A stretch of DNA of 63,561 nucleotides, counting the filler, from Reclinomonas americana ATCC 50394 (Eukaryota): NCBI GenBank assembly GCA_048213135.1. It is 25 parts of 25 records of this genome, joined end to end, with 100 filler letters (N's around TTAATTAATTAA, not from the genome) between each part and the next. Parts side by side here need not be neighbours in the genome. Positions count along the whole stretch, not along the records: positions 24,234 to 26,695 come from AFZH01024302.1; positions 26,796 to 29,094 come from AFZH01024304.1; positions 29,195 to 33,248 come from AFZH01024305.1; positions 33,349 to 34,486 come from AFZH01024306.1; positions 34,587 to 35,733 come from AFZH01024308.1; positions 35,834 to 38,083 come from AFZH01024309.1; 19 more parts are not named here. One strand, 5' to 3'. The notes beneath the pieces were generated by a model. The model saw only the letters and a list, made by a program, of their open reading frames with translations, ran no database searches and was not told where the DNA came from. Both the position numbers and the translations under genes were made by a program. The first letter of the stretch is position 1; the number at the start of each line of letters is the position of its first letter. Below, piece after piece: positions 24,234 through 36,213 of this stretch.

Positions 24234-26695
24234 CGCACACGGCATGTCCTCCGTGACACGAGTGTTTGGAACCAAAGACCCCTCGGCAAGAGCTCGCGTA
24301 TCCGCACCGTCACCAACATCCTCCGTTTTCACATCGTCGCCGAGGTGAAGAGGTGGAACAGCAGCTGGGCGAGGGCGATGAGAGCGCCAGTGGTCCTCAA
24401 AGTGAAGAACCGAGTTATCCACACTCTCGGGTATCTGTCCGGGAAGGAACAGTGGTCCTTCCTCACGCAAGTCGCCGCTCGGGGCAGTACGCTGTCCGGG
24501 ATTCGAATCAACGACTGGCTGCTAAGCCCAACAAACACGCAATATCAGCAAAAAAGTCGTCAGTCAACCACGATCCAAACGAGTCTGATTTGCCTCTTCA
24601 GTTGCACGAACAATGGGTGGCAGATACGAACGTCGCGATGGATTGCCAGCGGGCTTGACCGGTTGCACGGGATCGTACGCTTCCTCCTGGTGAGCTGCGA
24701 AAGCTGCACCAACGTGGCGCTTCAATGCTCGGACCACCTCGAGTCCTCTCTTCACATTGAGCCAGCCTCGCTTGTGGCGCATTGCACGCTCCTCCAACTT
24801 CGGACTGCACACGTCCGGCGCTCCTTCGTGCAATCCCTTCATCAACTCTGCAGCGGCAACTTGCTGTGCCGTCACGTCAGCAAGGCGGAGGATATTTGTC
24901 AGGCGCGTCTGCTGCAGCACACGTTGCTGTGGCGTCGACATGTCAGCAGATGCTCAAACGTACTCTCACCACGATGTGGTTCCAGGACGCACCTCGTTAT
25001 CTGTTGCACGATCAAGTCTCCACACAACAATGCACGCCGCCACAGCAAGCGCAAAGTACGTGCTCAGAAGAATGAAAGTGGGGCTGAGGAAGAGGCCCAG
25101 CCGACTGCCCACTCCAATAAAGGTTGCACCACCAGCGAAGAAGTTGAAGCCCGGCACGATGGACAGGTCCAGAGTCTACACGTGCGCCAAATAATCGTGA
25201 GCAGAACGGACAAAAAGTGAGGAATCTTCGCTGACGAGCAGGGACGAAACAAAATCAGTAAGGTGAGTTGTTGCACAGTACACGCCAGACACCTGCATCG
25301 ACAGATAGGGAAGAAAAAAAACAGGCGCAGGTGAGCCATCGAACGGCATCGCTTGTGATGGCACACAACCAACGACAAACGTGTGGCTTTTCTCCTCGAG
25401 CAATCGGGTCCACCAGTAGATATGTACTCAGTCCGCTGGCACTCACTCGGTTCCCGGCTTTGCACACGTCGCGTGCCACACACAGCGGAATCCAGGTATT
25501 TGGCACCTCCAGCACCGTCGGGTCCTTGGTCGTGACATTGAAAATGTACTCGCTCGAAACTGTCACGAGCAAAATGAATGAGAAACTGCGTTGCTCATTA
25601 GTCACACAAGCGCAGAGTATGCATCACACCTGACTGCGAGCAGTTCTGCATCATGCACATGGCGATGTTGGAGAGTGTCGAGTTGTACTTGCGTACAGTG
25701 GTTTGCCACTCGGGGACAATAAGCACCATGGGCTCCGGCTCATCTTGCACACCCACAGCCGATCGATAACTCTACTCGGTTGTGAACAGGAACGAAAGAG
25801 ACAGTAAGAAATGCGAGGCAGCACAAATCGAGTGGCGACAGGATCACCTGGATGCTGAACGCGTACACCTTGACAGGTGCCGATTGCTTGCCATAGTCAT
25901 TGGTAGCGTTGACGATCGGCGCACCCTTGAAACCCACCTTGATGATACCCCGAAGCACGCACACGTTAGGATATTATCGTCAAGGAAGCTGCATACACAA
26001 GGGCGGCTGCATACCTCGACGAGCGCATAAAACAGGTCCTCCGTTCCTATATCACGTGCGATTGGTGTCAGCACAATGACGTCACACTCTCATGCGTTTC
26101 ACGCCTAGCACACACCGGCGTATCGCTTGGTAATACCATGTGGCAGCATCACAAGCGGAGTGCTGAGTGCGCTCGTGCTGTTCAAGTACGCCAACGACTC
26201 CACGGTGACTACATGCACGTGTACGTGTCCTTAAGTCAGCCTCCACACACACACATTAGAGACATAGGAGTGCTCTCTTCTCACCCGAGTACACGCCACT
26301 TGTCGTCGACGTCACCGACGGATCCAGCTTCTGCGCTCGCAACGTGAACGATGGTGTATCCACTTCCACGGCCCCTTGCTTGCCCGTCTGCGCTCGGCAA
26401 GTCCCATCATCGTAGGTCAGTGACAGATGCTTCTCTCTACCTGCCTCCATCGAAAAGATACTGACCAGGCTGGCAACTGTACGGTGCGCAATCGAGTTGA
26501 TCACAGGCTCCAGTGTGCACTGAATGGCAGCCATGTCTTCCACATTCGCCGACGGTAGCGCAAGCATGTTGGACACGGCCTCGGCAAACGACTGTGAATG
26601 GCACAAGAGGCGTGAGCGTTCGTTCACACACACCGGGACGGAAACGCCTGCATTGCAATCGCACCGTCAGTGCACTCGTGGGCGTGTAGGCGGCT
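24234..26695 (-). CDS. Multi-exon eukaryotic hypothetical protein (partial)
   Basis: Several protein-like minus-strand segments separated by intron-like spacers; no recognisable domain. Confidence 0.4.
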
Positions 26696-26795
26696 NNNNN
26701 NNNNNNNNNNNNNNNNNNNNNNNNNNNNNNNNNNNNNNNTTAATTAATTAANNNNNNNNNNNNNNNNNNNNNNNNNNNNNNNNNNNNNNNNNNNN

Positions 26796-29094
26796 CTGTC
26801 GCGTTACTGTCCACTGCCACCAGCGACCCAATCATCACATTGCCTGTGGCGGTCGGCGGCAGGTACGTTAGTCCAGTGATGGTGATGTCCGTCGGAGCCG
26901 TCGGTGCTGTTGGATTCAACAGGGAAACACACAGTAAGCGCATCGACAACCCACCACCCTCACCCACGCGTACGCCAGCGCAACTGTCCACAATCGTAAA
27001 CAACTTGTCCACTGTCGCGCCGCCGCTGTCTAGTGCACGCACAATCACTCGCAGACTAGATCCCCGCTGACCGGCCGCACTGATGCGCAGCGATGTCCCC
27101 GAAATGTTGAACAGGCCCATGTCCGTACCACCCACCAAGGTCAGCAAGTGCGAGTCTCCAGTGTTCGCGTCGGTGACAGACAGCGTTCCGACCACCACAT
27201 TCGCCGCGCCCGTCGGTGCCGTGTATGTGTTGGCCGAAAGCGAGATGTTGGTCGGCACCACGTTGGCTGCGTCACACGTGGGCTTAAGCTACACTTGCAA
27301 CCGAAAAGCATCACGCACGCACCCCCCTCCACACACACCTTCGTTGATAGTGAATGTCTTTGCCAGCGTGCCACCATGCTGATCGTTTGTCTGGACTTGC
27401 ACTTGCAGATTGTTGCCCGTCAAGCCGGCCACGGCTGACCGCAACTCGTTGCCGACAATCGCAAACTTGGCCTGGTCGGCGCCACCGACAATCGTGTACA
27501 CAAACGATTGGCAACAATTGTCGTCCACAGAGCTCAGCAGGCCAATAGTCGACCCCGTGGCCAGGGGTGGTGCGTATCGTGTAGAAGACAGCAAAATATC
27601 CGTCGGAGACACATTGGCTGCAAAGCAGGCGAAGGCACGTCAGACAAAAGGTACAGCCGCGCACGAACACGCATTACAGAAACACGCACCTTGATTGACA
27701 GTCAGCGTCTTGAAGAATGTATTGCCCGAGCTGTCTGCAACTCGCACAGCCACTTGCAGGTTATCACCCGCGAGTTGTGGGTTGCGAAGCACCAGAGTGG
27801 ATCCAACAATGTCAAACAGTGCGCCATCGGGACCACCGGAAATCGAAAACGTGAAGGTGTCCTGCGCATTGACGTCCGTTGCTGACAGCACGCCTATGAC
27901 CACGTTGCTCAGTCCGGTCGCCGGCACATATTGCGCCGCCGACAGCGTAATGTCCGTCGGAGCGAGAGTCGCTGCAATGGACAGAGAGATGCATGCGAGC
28001 AGGGAAACAACACATGTAAGCCGATCACTTGCTCATTCGCTACAGCACGCAAAGCCAAGCTCACCGCCACTGATCGTAAACAGTTGTGCATACTTGGCGC
28101 CACCAGCATCTGTAGACTGCACTGCAACCTTCATGTTGCTGCCGCGCTGACCGGCCGCCACGAACCGCAGCTGCGAGCCGGCAATCTCAAACAGCGCACT
28201 GTCCACTCCACCCACGATCTGGTACGTGAACGAGTCGCCCGTGTTTGCATCTGTGGTTGACAGAGTGCCAATGACGGCGTGCGCTGCACCAGTTGGAGGA
28301 GTGTACGTGGACGCCGACAAGCTCACGGCAGTCGGCGCCACATTCCCTGTACGTGCAAAGAGGAGTAGGAACACATTAGCACGCTTGTACCTCGCCCTCC
28401 TGGCTGACCAAACACACAGCGGCATACGCAACTCTCGCGAACTGTGAATGTCTTATCAAATGTCCCGCCGGTGGCATCGCTGGCACGCACGGTGACAAGC
28501 AGATTGGTACCCGACTGGCCAGCCGACAGCAGCACCAGGTTGGAGCCAGCAATCCCGAACAGTGCAGCATTAGCACCGCCGACAACAGAATACACAAAGG
28601 TCTTGCCGGCGTTGCTGCACACGGTACTGAGGCTGCCGACAACCACGCCTGGCGTGGCCGTCGGCGGCGTGTATTGGTTGTTTGACAGAAGAATATCGGT
28701 CGCGTTGCCGTTGCCTGCGCACAAGACGACGGCACACCTCGGTGTGAGCATGAAGGCAACACGCTGTCGCATTGTCGTGAACATGCGCACGGATACTCTC
28801 ACCTTCAGAGATCAAGAATGTCTGCCGATACGTGCCTCCGTTGCCGTCGTCCACCTGCACCTCAACTTCGAGGTTGTTTCCCGTCTGGCCGGCTGCATTC
28901 AGCCGCAGTTGTGACCCGGAAATGTTGAAGAGCGCTTGCTGTGCGCCTCCCGTAATCGTATACGTGTACGTCTGGCAGCAATTACCGTCCACAGCACTCA
29001 ATGTCCCCACCACGACATTTGGTGCGGCAGTCGGTGTCGTGTAACTCGTGCTCGTCAGATTGATCCATGTCGGAGGTGAGTTTGCTGCGCACAA
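26796..29094 (-). CDS. Cadherin-like repeat protein, about 7 repeats, roughly one per exon (partial)
   Basis: Repeats of about 95 aa, NxxPTxIxLSxxxY...VGTLSxxDxNxxxxxTYxIVGGxDxxLFxIxGxxL...VxVRxxDxxG...KxFTIxE, separated by phase-1 GT-AG introns. Confidence 0.85.
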
Positions 29095-29427
29095 NNNNNN
29101 NNNNNNNNNNNNNNNNNNNNNNNNNNNNNNNNNNNNNNTTAATTAATTAANNNNNNNNNNNNNNNNNNNNNNNNNNNNNNNNNNNNNNNNNNNNAGCCCT
29201 GCTCCAAGGCGGCCGGCGCCTCCGCATCCGTCTGAACGACACATTGCCGTCCGCCGCACCGGAATGGCGTCAAAGCCCTGCCGCGATTGGTAAATTTTTC
29301 GTTATCTCGGCAACCCTGACCGACGAGTGATATGCTGGCACGCCCATTGCGTGCATCGACGGCAACGATAGCGGCGACAGCAGGACAACCGATGGCTGCG
29401 TTTTCAGACCATGAGCCGACTTCGGCA

Positions 29428-29490
29428 TTAACGGACAAAGTTTAACGAAATTAACCATTTCCGGCAGTTTGCGTTTACAGATTATTAACT
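29428..29490 (+). promoter_or_regulatory. AT-rich promoter region with clustered TTAAC boxes including TTAACCAT (CtrA half-site-like)
   Basis: TTAAC at 29428, 29442, 29451 and 29485 in otherwise GC-rich DNA; not a perfect TTAA-N7-TTAA. Confidence 0.35.
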
Positions 29491-29542
29491 TTCTCTACCC
29501 TCGGCGGCGTCGAAGGGTGCGAGACGAGACGGAGACGAGACG

Positions 29543-30505
29543 ATGTTTCAGAGCTATGCACCGACGGTGGGCGGCCAAGCCGCTGCCGAGCTCGCCGACG
29601 GAGAGGTGATCGAGGCGATCCGCCACCACGCCGGCTTCCTGCCGGAGGTCCAGCTCGCCTATGAGCAGGAGCTGCGGCTGCTCTGGGTCACCATCAAGCC
29701 GGAGCTGAAGCCGGTCTTCACGCTGCAGCTGCTCCAGAGCCTCGGCAAGGTGCAGCAGGCGATCATCGACCTCTGGGGTGCACCCGAGCAGTATCACGCC
29801 GCGCCAGTGCGTTTCCTTGCCTTCCGCGGCACGGGACCGTTCTTCACTCTCGGCGGCGATCTCGACTTCTATCTCGACTGCCTCGCCAAGAACGATCGCC
29901 CTGCTCTGGCGGAGTATGCCCGGCTTTCGGTCGAGGACGCGCTGCGCAATGCCAGCGGCCTCAACGGCATGGCCGTCACCCTGTCGACGATCCACGCCAA
30001 GGCGATTGGCGGCGGCATCGACGCGCCACGTTCATGCAACATCATGATCGCCGAGGAGCAGGCCTCGTTCGTCTACCCCGAGATCAAGTTCAACCATTTC
30101 CCGATCACCGCCGTCGGGCTGCTCTCGCGCCGGATGGGCCCGCGCGCCGCCGAGCACATGCTGCAATCCGGCGAGGAGATGAGCGCGGCTGAATTCCTCG
30201 CGGCCGGCGGGCTGGAAGCTGTGGTCCCGACCGGCACGGGCGAGGACTGGATCCGCAAATACGCGTCCGACTCGCTGCCGATCCACGCGGCGCGCACTGC
30301 CCTGTTCTCGGCCTTCAACCGCCGTGCCGGCAATCTGCGCGAGGAGCTCGAATATCTCGGCCAGCTCTGGACCGACTGCATGCTGCGACTGCACCCGAGC
30401 GCGATCTCAAAGCTGCAGCGCATCGCCCAGACGCAGGACCGCATGCTGGCCCGCGTCTACCAGCGCGACCCCGAGGAGGCGCTCGCCCACGCCGGCACCG
30501 CCTGA
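29543..30505 (+). CDS. Crotonase-family protein, RpfF/DSF-synthase-like
   Basis: FTLGGDLDFY, L..YARL, AIGGGIDA, YPEIKFNHFP and C-terminal W.D..L.L....KLQRIAQTQ match the RpfF layout. Confidence 0.8.
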   Translation: MFQSYAPTVGGQAAAELADGEVIEAIRHHAGFLPEVQLAYEQELRLLWVTIKPELKPVFTLQLLQSLGKVQQAIIDLWGAPEQYHAAPVRFLAFRGTGPFFTLGGDLDFYLDCLAKNDRPALAEYARLSVEDALRNASGLNGMAVTLSTIHAKAIGGGIDAPRSCNIMIAEEQASFVYPEIKFNHFPITAVGLLSRRMGPRAAEHMLQSGEEMSAAEFLAAGGLEAVVPTGTGEDWIRKYASDSLPIHAARTALFSAFNRRAGNLREELEYLGQLWTDCMLRLHPSAISKLQRIAQTQDRMLARVYQRDPEEALAHAGTA

Positions 30506-30648
30506 GCGGGGAGTGGAAATTCCCGGCGCGGTCGGCGTTCGCGTCGATCGCGCGACTCCGCCGCGTAACCCTCATGAAACTTTTACCTTTCCCTCTTAAA
30601 GCCGTTAGATGATGCGGCAAAGGATGGGGTCGTTCACCCGCCTCTCCA

Positions 30649-33033
30649 GTGACCGTCACGCGGCAGGAGTGGATGGCGGGAGTGGCGAACCGGTTGCATA
30701 GCGCCAGCGCCGACAGAGCGATCGCGGAGCAGCCGGCCGGCCATGACGGCCGGAGCGCGGTCGATCTCGCCGATTATCGCCTGCTGGTCTCCTCGCTGTT
30801 CTCCTCGCCCGGGTCGATCATCCCCGGCGGGATCGCTGGCATCCTCACGCCCTTCTTGTCCTGGGTCTCGACCAGGGCCGAGCTGTTCATGGTGCTGACG
30901 ATCTGCGTCGCTCTCGTCGTCGTCTTGCGGATCATCACCGTGGTCCGCTATCGCCGCCTCGACCATTCCGAGGACACGCTCGCCCAGACCAGGCGCTGGG
31001 ACCGGGAATATTTCTTGGGCGCGACCGTGTTCAGCGCCGTTCTCGGCTTCAGCTGCTATGCGGCGCTGGCCTGGACCGACGATCCCGCCGCCCACATCAC
31101 TTCGGTATCGTCGACGATCGCGCTCGCCTCCGGCTATGTCGCGCGCAATGCCGGGCGGCCGAAATTCGTCGCCGTCCAGCTGCTGACCTTCTGCGTGCCG
31201 ATGGCGATCGGCCTGATCCAGGCGCATAACCCATACTACCAGTACATCGGCTATTTCGCCTTCCTCTATGTCGTCGCCAATATCGCGATCACCAACTCGC
31301 TGCATCGCAACCTGCTGGCCCTGAGCGACGCGACCAAACAGTCGAAGGCGCTGGCGACGGCGCTGCGCTCGCAGAACCTGACCCTCGATGCCGCGCTCAA
31401 CACGATGATCCATGGCTTGGCGATGTTCGACCGCAAGCTCGATCTCGCGGTCTCGAACGCACCGCATGCGGCCCTCTACGGCATCCCCGAGACGCTCGCC
31501 TTGCCGGGCACCCCGATCAGCGCGATCGCGCGCTTCCTGGTCGAGCGGCAGGTGATGACGCAGGAGCAGGTGCGCGACATCAAGGCCGCTCTCGACGGCG
31601 TACAGGCGACGCAACAGGCCGCCGTCTACGAACTGCAGTCGCGCAACGGCCGCATGCTCGTCGTCACCATCGCGCCCGCGGCCGAGGGTGGCGTGCTGAT
31701 GCTGAGCGAGGACGCGACCGAGCGGAAGGCGACTGAGGCGCGGATCGAGCAGATGGCGCGCTTCGACGAACTGACCGGGCTCGCCAACCGCTTCGAGTTC
31801 AACTCGCAGCTCGCCGAGGCCTTCCGCCGGCAGGAGCGGACCGGCGAGACCTTTGCGCTGCTCTATATCGACCTCGACGGCTTCAAGCAGGTCAATGACA
31901 ATCTCGGCCACGATATCGGCGACCGGGTGCTGATCCAGACCGCGGCGCGGCTGAAGAGCGCGATCCGCCACAACGACCTTCTCGCCCGCTTCGGCGGCGA
32001 CGAGTTCGTGCTGATCCTGCCGGCGACCGATGTCGCGACCGTGCGGATGATCGCGCAGCGCATGATCGAGGCGATGGACCGCGCCTTCGAGCTGGAGACC
32101 AAGACCGTCTATGTCACCGCCAGCATCGGCATCGCGCTCGCCCCGGTGGACGGCGCGACCCCGGCTGACCTGCTGCGCCATGCCGATACCGCCCTCTACA
32201 AGGCCAAGGCCGCCGGCCGCAACACAGCGACCTTCTTCGACCCCGGCATGGCCGAGGAGATGCTCGAACGCCACGAGATCGAGGTCGACCTGCGCCAGGC
32301 GACGACGGAAGGCGCGCTGGAGCTGTACTACCAGCCGATCATCGACCTGCGCACGCAGGAGATCGTAACGCGCGAGGCGCTGATGCGCTGGCGGCATCCG
32401 TCACGCGGCATGGTGCCGCCCGGGATCTTCATCCCGATCGCCGAGCAGTCCGGCCTGATCGCCGGCATGGGCGACTGGGCGATCCGCCAGGCTTGCCGCG
32501 ACGCGGCGAAATGGCCGGGCGGCATCGGCGTCTCGGTAAACATCTCCCCGCTGCAGTTCCGCGAGCCGCGCCGGATCGTCGAGACCGTCAAGAACGCGCT
32601 GCTGCTAGCGCATCTGGCTCCCGGTCGCCTGACGCTCGAAGTCACCGAATCGCTGCTGATCGAGGACAACAAGACGACGCTCGATGTCATCAACGAATTG
32701 CGCGCGATCGGGGTGAAGTTCGCGCTCGACGATTTCGGGACAGGCTATTCCTCGCTCGCCTATCTTTCGACCTATCCGTTCTCGCAGGTGAAGATCGATC
32801 AGAGCTTCAGCCGCGACGTCAACAGCGACGAGGCCTCCAAGGCGGTGATCGAGGCGGTCTGCCAACTGGCCCGGCGCCTGTCGATGAACGTCGTCGTCGA
32901 GGGCATCGAAACCGAAGCGCAGCGCATGGCCGTGCAGCTGCTCGGTGCGCAGCGGGCCCAGGGCTATCTGTTCGGCCGGCCACAGCCGATGTCGGACTTC
33001 AGCAAGGGCGACGAGCCACGCAAGATCGCCTGA
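30649..33033 (+). CDS. Membrane-bound diguanylate cyclase/phosphodiesterase (TM-PAS-GGDEF-EAL)
   Basis: About 6 TM segments, PAS-like GLAMFDRK, RxxD I-site plus intact GGDEF, EALMRW, DDFGTGYSS. Confidence 0.95.
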   Translation: MTVTRQEWMAGVANRLHSASADRAIAEQPAGHDGRSAVDLADYRLLVSSLFSSPGSIIPGGIAGILTPFLSWVSTRAELFMVLTICVALVVVLRIITVVRYRRLDHSEDTLAQTRRWDREYFLGATVFSAVLGFSCYAALAWTDDPAAHITSVSSTIALASGYVARNAGRPKFVAVQLLTFCVPMAIGLIQAHNPYYQYIGYFAFLYVVANIAITNSLHRNLLALSDATKQSKALATALRSQNLTLDAALNTMIHGLAMFDRKLDLAVSNAPHAALYGIPETLALPGTPISAIARFLVERQVMTQEQVRDIKAALDGVQATQQAAVYELQSRNGRMLVVTIAPAAEGGVLMLSEDATERKATEARIEQMARFDELTGLANRFEFNSQLAEAFRRQERTGETFALLYIDLDGFKQVNDNLGHDIGDRVLIQTAARLKSAIRHNDLLARFGGDEFVLILPATDVATVRMIAQRMIEAMDRAFELETKTVYVTASIGIALAPVDGATPADLLRHADTALYKAKAAGRNTATFFDPGMAEEMLERHEIEVDLRQATTEGALELYYQPIIDLRTQEIVTREALMRWRHPSRGMVPPGIFIPIAEQSGLIAGMGDWAIRQACRDAAKWPGGIGVSVNISPLQFREPRRIVETVKNALLLAHLAPGRLTLEVTESLLIEDNKTTLDVINELRAIGVKFALDDFGTGYSSLAYLSTYPFSQVKIDQSFSRDVNSDEASKAVIEAVCQLARRLSMNVVVEGIETEAQRMAVQLLGAQRAQGYLFGRPQPMSDFSKGDEPRKIA

Positions 33034-33156
33034 GGGCGGCCTCCCATCCTCTTGCCCGCATCGGCCGCTTCCAGCCTAGGTATCGTCCAAGCGAACTTGA
33101 TTCCGCCGCAGCGGCAACGCATCTGCACGGGCAGGACAGCGACCGGGAGACGCGGC

Positions 33157-34404
33157 GTGAGCGAAACCGCCAGCCCAGCAGCCAGCAGAGAGCCGCTGAC
33201 GCCGGATATCTGCGTCATCGGCGATAGCCCCGGCGGCCTCGCCGTCGCNNNNNNNNNNNNNNNNNNNNNNNNNNNNNNNNNNNNNNNNNNNNTTAATTAA
33301 TTAANNNNNNNNNNNNNNNNNNNNNNNNNNNNNNNNNNNNNNNNNNNNAGATCGTCGTCGGCGAGAGCGTGATCAAGGCGCGGCGCTTCGTCGTCGCGAC
33401 CGGATCGTTGCCGGCTCTGCCCGACATTGCGGGCCTGGCCGAGCTGCCCAGCCTGACCGAGGACAGCATCTTCGAGCTGCCGAAACGTCCGGAGCGGCTG
33501 ATCGTGCTCGGTGGCACGGCCGCTGCGGTAGAGCTGGCACAGGCGATGCGCGCGCTCGGCAGCGAGGTCGCCCTGATCGCCCGAGACGGGCTCCTGCTGG
33601 ACGAGGATCCCGAAGCGGTCGGGGTGCTCCGCCGTGCCTTGCTCGGCGACGGCATTACCCTGCACGAAGGCCGGCCGATCCTGCGGGCCGAGAGCCATCG
33701 CCAGCGCCCTCGCGTCGTCCTCGACGGCGACACCAAGATCGACGGCACGCATCTCCTGGTCGCGAACGGGCGCAGGCCGAATATCGCGGGCCTTGAGCTC
33801 GACCTCGCCGGCGTTCGCAGCGACGGGACCGGCATCATCGTCGACGCCTCGCTGCGCGCCGCCAATCGCAGCATCTACGCAGTCGGCGACTGCGTCGGCG
33901 GTGTGGCCGCCGGGCCGATATCCAGCCAGGCCGCACAGCACCAGGCCGGGCTGGTGCTTCGCAACGCGCTGTTCCGCCAGCCGACCCGCTTCAGGCGCGA
34001 ATGGGTGCCGCGCACCGTCCATGGCTGGCCCGAGCTGGCGAGCATCGGCCTGACTGAGGCGCAAGCGCGCGCGCTGGGCGAGATCCGGGTGCTGCGCTTT
34101 CCCTATGCCGAGAGCACGCGCGCCCAGGCCGAACGGCCGGCCGAAGGACTGATCAAGCTGATGACCGACCGCAAGGGCGGCATTCTCGGCGTCGTCATCG
34201 CTGGGGCCCAGGCGGCCGAATTGATCATGCCCTGGGGGCTCGCCGTCCAGAAGCGGATGAACGTCAGGGAGATGGCCGGGCTGATCGCGCCATCACGAAG
34301 CCTGTCGGAGCTGTCGCAGAAGGCGGCGCTCTCCTTCCAGGCGCCGCTCGCTGCCAAGCCGGGCATCCGCCGCCTCATCGGCTTCCTCAGCCGTTTTCGG
34401 ATAG
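33157..34404 (+). CDS. Dihydrolipoamide dehydrogenase/mercuric reductase-like flavoprotein; spans a gap; probable homopolymer frameshift near 34395
   Basis: DICVIGDSPGG, FVVATGS, IYAVGD, PELASIGLTEAQA, dimerisation domain. Confidence 0.85.
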
Positions 34405-34586
34405 ACTGGCTGTTGATGTCAGTGAGACGGTTCGATCCCAACACCCTGTCGATCAGCGTTGCGCGCGGGCCGACGCAGCTTGGCCTNNNNNNNNNNNNNN
34501 NNNNNNNNNNNNNNNNNNNNNNNNNNNNNNTTAATTAATTAANNNNNNNNNNNNNNNNNNNNNNNNNNNNNNNNNNNNNNNNNNNN

Positions 34587-34681
34587 GCCCGCCCAACAGG
34601 GCGGAGCGGATCGATATAGATGTCGGCCGGCGGGCAATAGAGCCCGGCCGGGGTCGGCGTCAGCAGGTCCGAAGGCTTCAT
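34587..34681 (-). CDS. Ligase-associated DNA damage response exonuclease, N-terminal fragment
   Basis: MKPSDLLTPTPAGLYCPPADIYIDPLRPV is the characteristic N-terminus. Confidence 0.75.
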
Positions 34682-34720
34682 CGTCTGGCCAGTGTCATTT
34701 GGCTCGGTTAAACCCGCAGC

Positions 34721-35677
34721 ATGATCGAAAAGGGCAGCAGCGTGTACTCCGCCAGTTCCGGAGATGAGCGCCTCGACCGTCGTTATGCCTGGGCCGAGGC
34801 AGCATTGAAGGATGGCGATCCGCAAGCGGCGATCGACATCCTCGATCAAACGCTCGCCGAGAACTACGGTTTCACCGCTGCCTGGCATCTCTACGGGCTG
34901 GCGCAGGAAACCCTCGGGCATAATGAGGAGGCCGCGACCGCCTGGCGGCAATGCCTCGACCTCGACCCCAACGACCATGTCGGCGCCAAGCTCGACCTCG
35001 CCCGCATCGGCGCGCTGCCGGCCGAGCAGGCGACCTCGGAGAATTTTTCAGGCGCCTTGTTCGACGGCTATGCCGAACGCTTCGACAGCCATCTGGTCGG
35101 GACGCTGCAGTACCAGGCGCCGGCGCTGCTGAAGGAGGCGCTGGCGAGATATTGCGAACAGGCCAGCCGCCCCTTTCAGTTCGAAACGGCCTATGACCTC
35201 GGCTGCGGCACCGGATTGATGGGCGAGGCGATCCGCGCCGAGGTGGGTTTCCTCGCCGGCTGCGATCTCTCGCCGCGCATGATCGCCAAAGCGCAGGCCA
35301 AGACGTGCAAGGATGGCGGGCCGCTCTACGACAAGCTCGCCACCGCCGGCCTCACGGCCTTTCTGGCGAGCCGGCCCGACGCCTCGGCCGATCTTGTCAT
35401 CGCCGCCGACGTCTTCGTCTATCTCGGCGATCTCGCCCCGTGCTTCCATCAGAGCGCGCGGGTGCTCAAAGCGGGCGGGCTCCTCGCATTCACCGTGCAA
35501 AGCCATGGTGGCGAAGGCATCACCGTTGGCCAGGACCGGCGCTTCGCCCATGCCGAAGCCTGGGTCAGGGAGGCGCTCGTCGACGCCGGGCTGAAGCCGG
35601 CGTTCGTCGAACCGCAGAGCACGCGGGTCGACCGCGGTCAGCCGGTGCCGGGACTGCTCGTGGTGGCGGAGCGCTGA
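34721..35677 (+). CDS. TPR-containing SAM-dependent methyltransferase
   Basis: TPR helices, LFDGYAERFDSHL, DLGCGTG, AADVFVYLGDL, RFAH. Confidence 0.9.
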   Translation: MIEKGSSVYSASSGDERLDRRYAWAEAALKDGDPQAAIDILDQTLAENYGFTAAWHLYGLAQETLGHNEEAATAWRQCLDLDPNDHVGAKLDLARIGALPAEQATSENFSGALFDGYAERFDSHLVGTLQYQAPALLKEALARYCEQASRPFQFETAYDLGCGTGLMGEAIRAEVGFLAGCDLSPRMIAKAQAKTCKDGGPLYDKLATAGLTAFLASRPDASADLVIAADVFVYLGDLAPCFHQSARVLKAGGLLAFTVQSHGGEGITVGQDRRFAHAEAWVREALVDAGLKPAFVEPQSTRVDRGQPVPGLLVVAER

Positions 35678-35706
35678 GGCGCAAGCGCAGGAACCACGAC
35701 GCAGAA

Positions 35707-35733
35707 CCCCTCTCCTGGAAGGAGAGGGGCAGG
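35707..35733. repeat. Palindromic REP-like element CCCCTCTCC-tggaa-GGAGAGGGG at the contig end
   Basis: Perfect 9-bp stem of a kind common in alphaproteobacterial intergenic repeats; likely caused the assembly break. Confidence 0.6.
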
Positions 35734-35833
35734 NNNNNNNNNNNNNNNNNNNNNNNNNNNNNNNNNNNNNNNNNNNNTTAATTAATTAANNNNNNNNNNN
35801 NNNNNNNNNNNNNNNNNNNNNNNNNNNNNNNNN

Positions 35834-36138
35834 TCAGCGTGCGGGCATACGAAGCCCAGACGGCGGCTCTCCAGCGACCGGACGTGCGCTACATCGATCC
35901 CAAGATCCGCGTGCTCGACACGGGCGTCACCACCACGTTCGCCGCCTGGCCGAAGGGCGTCGCGTCGTTGCTTCCCGTCGTCGACAACGTCATCATCGCC
36001 GACAGCTCCGGCGAAGGCACGCAGCTCAGCGTGGCGACGATGGATCAGTTCCTCGAGGCCGGGGGCGACGCCATCGTCCGCACGGGCCTGTCTCCCCTGC
36101 GGTACTTCGTGCCGGGCGAGGCGCCCCGCACCTCCTGA
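35834..36138 (+). CDS. Hypothetical protein, 5' partial
   Basis: Open frame with high-GC3 codon usage. Confidence 0.65.
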
Positions 36139-36146
36139 AGCGGTCG

Positions 36147-36193
36147 ATGGGCTGATCTCCCCATCGCGTCGGCATCCGCTCCCTGGGTAGCGT
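36147..36193 (+). promoter_or_regulatory. Palindromic operator plus -10 (TAGCGT) upstream of WXG-like gene 1
   Basis: ATGGGCT-GATC-TCCCCAT; the -10 begins 24 nt after the motif end, the same geometry as at 37579. Confidence 0.55.
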
Positions 36194-36213
36194 CGGGGCC
36201 GGAGGTGGTCGCC

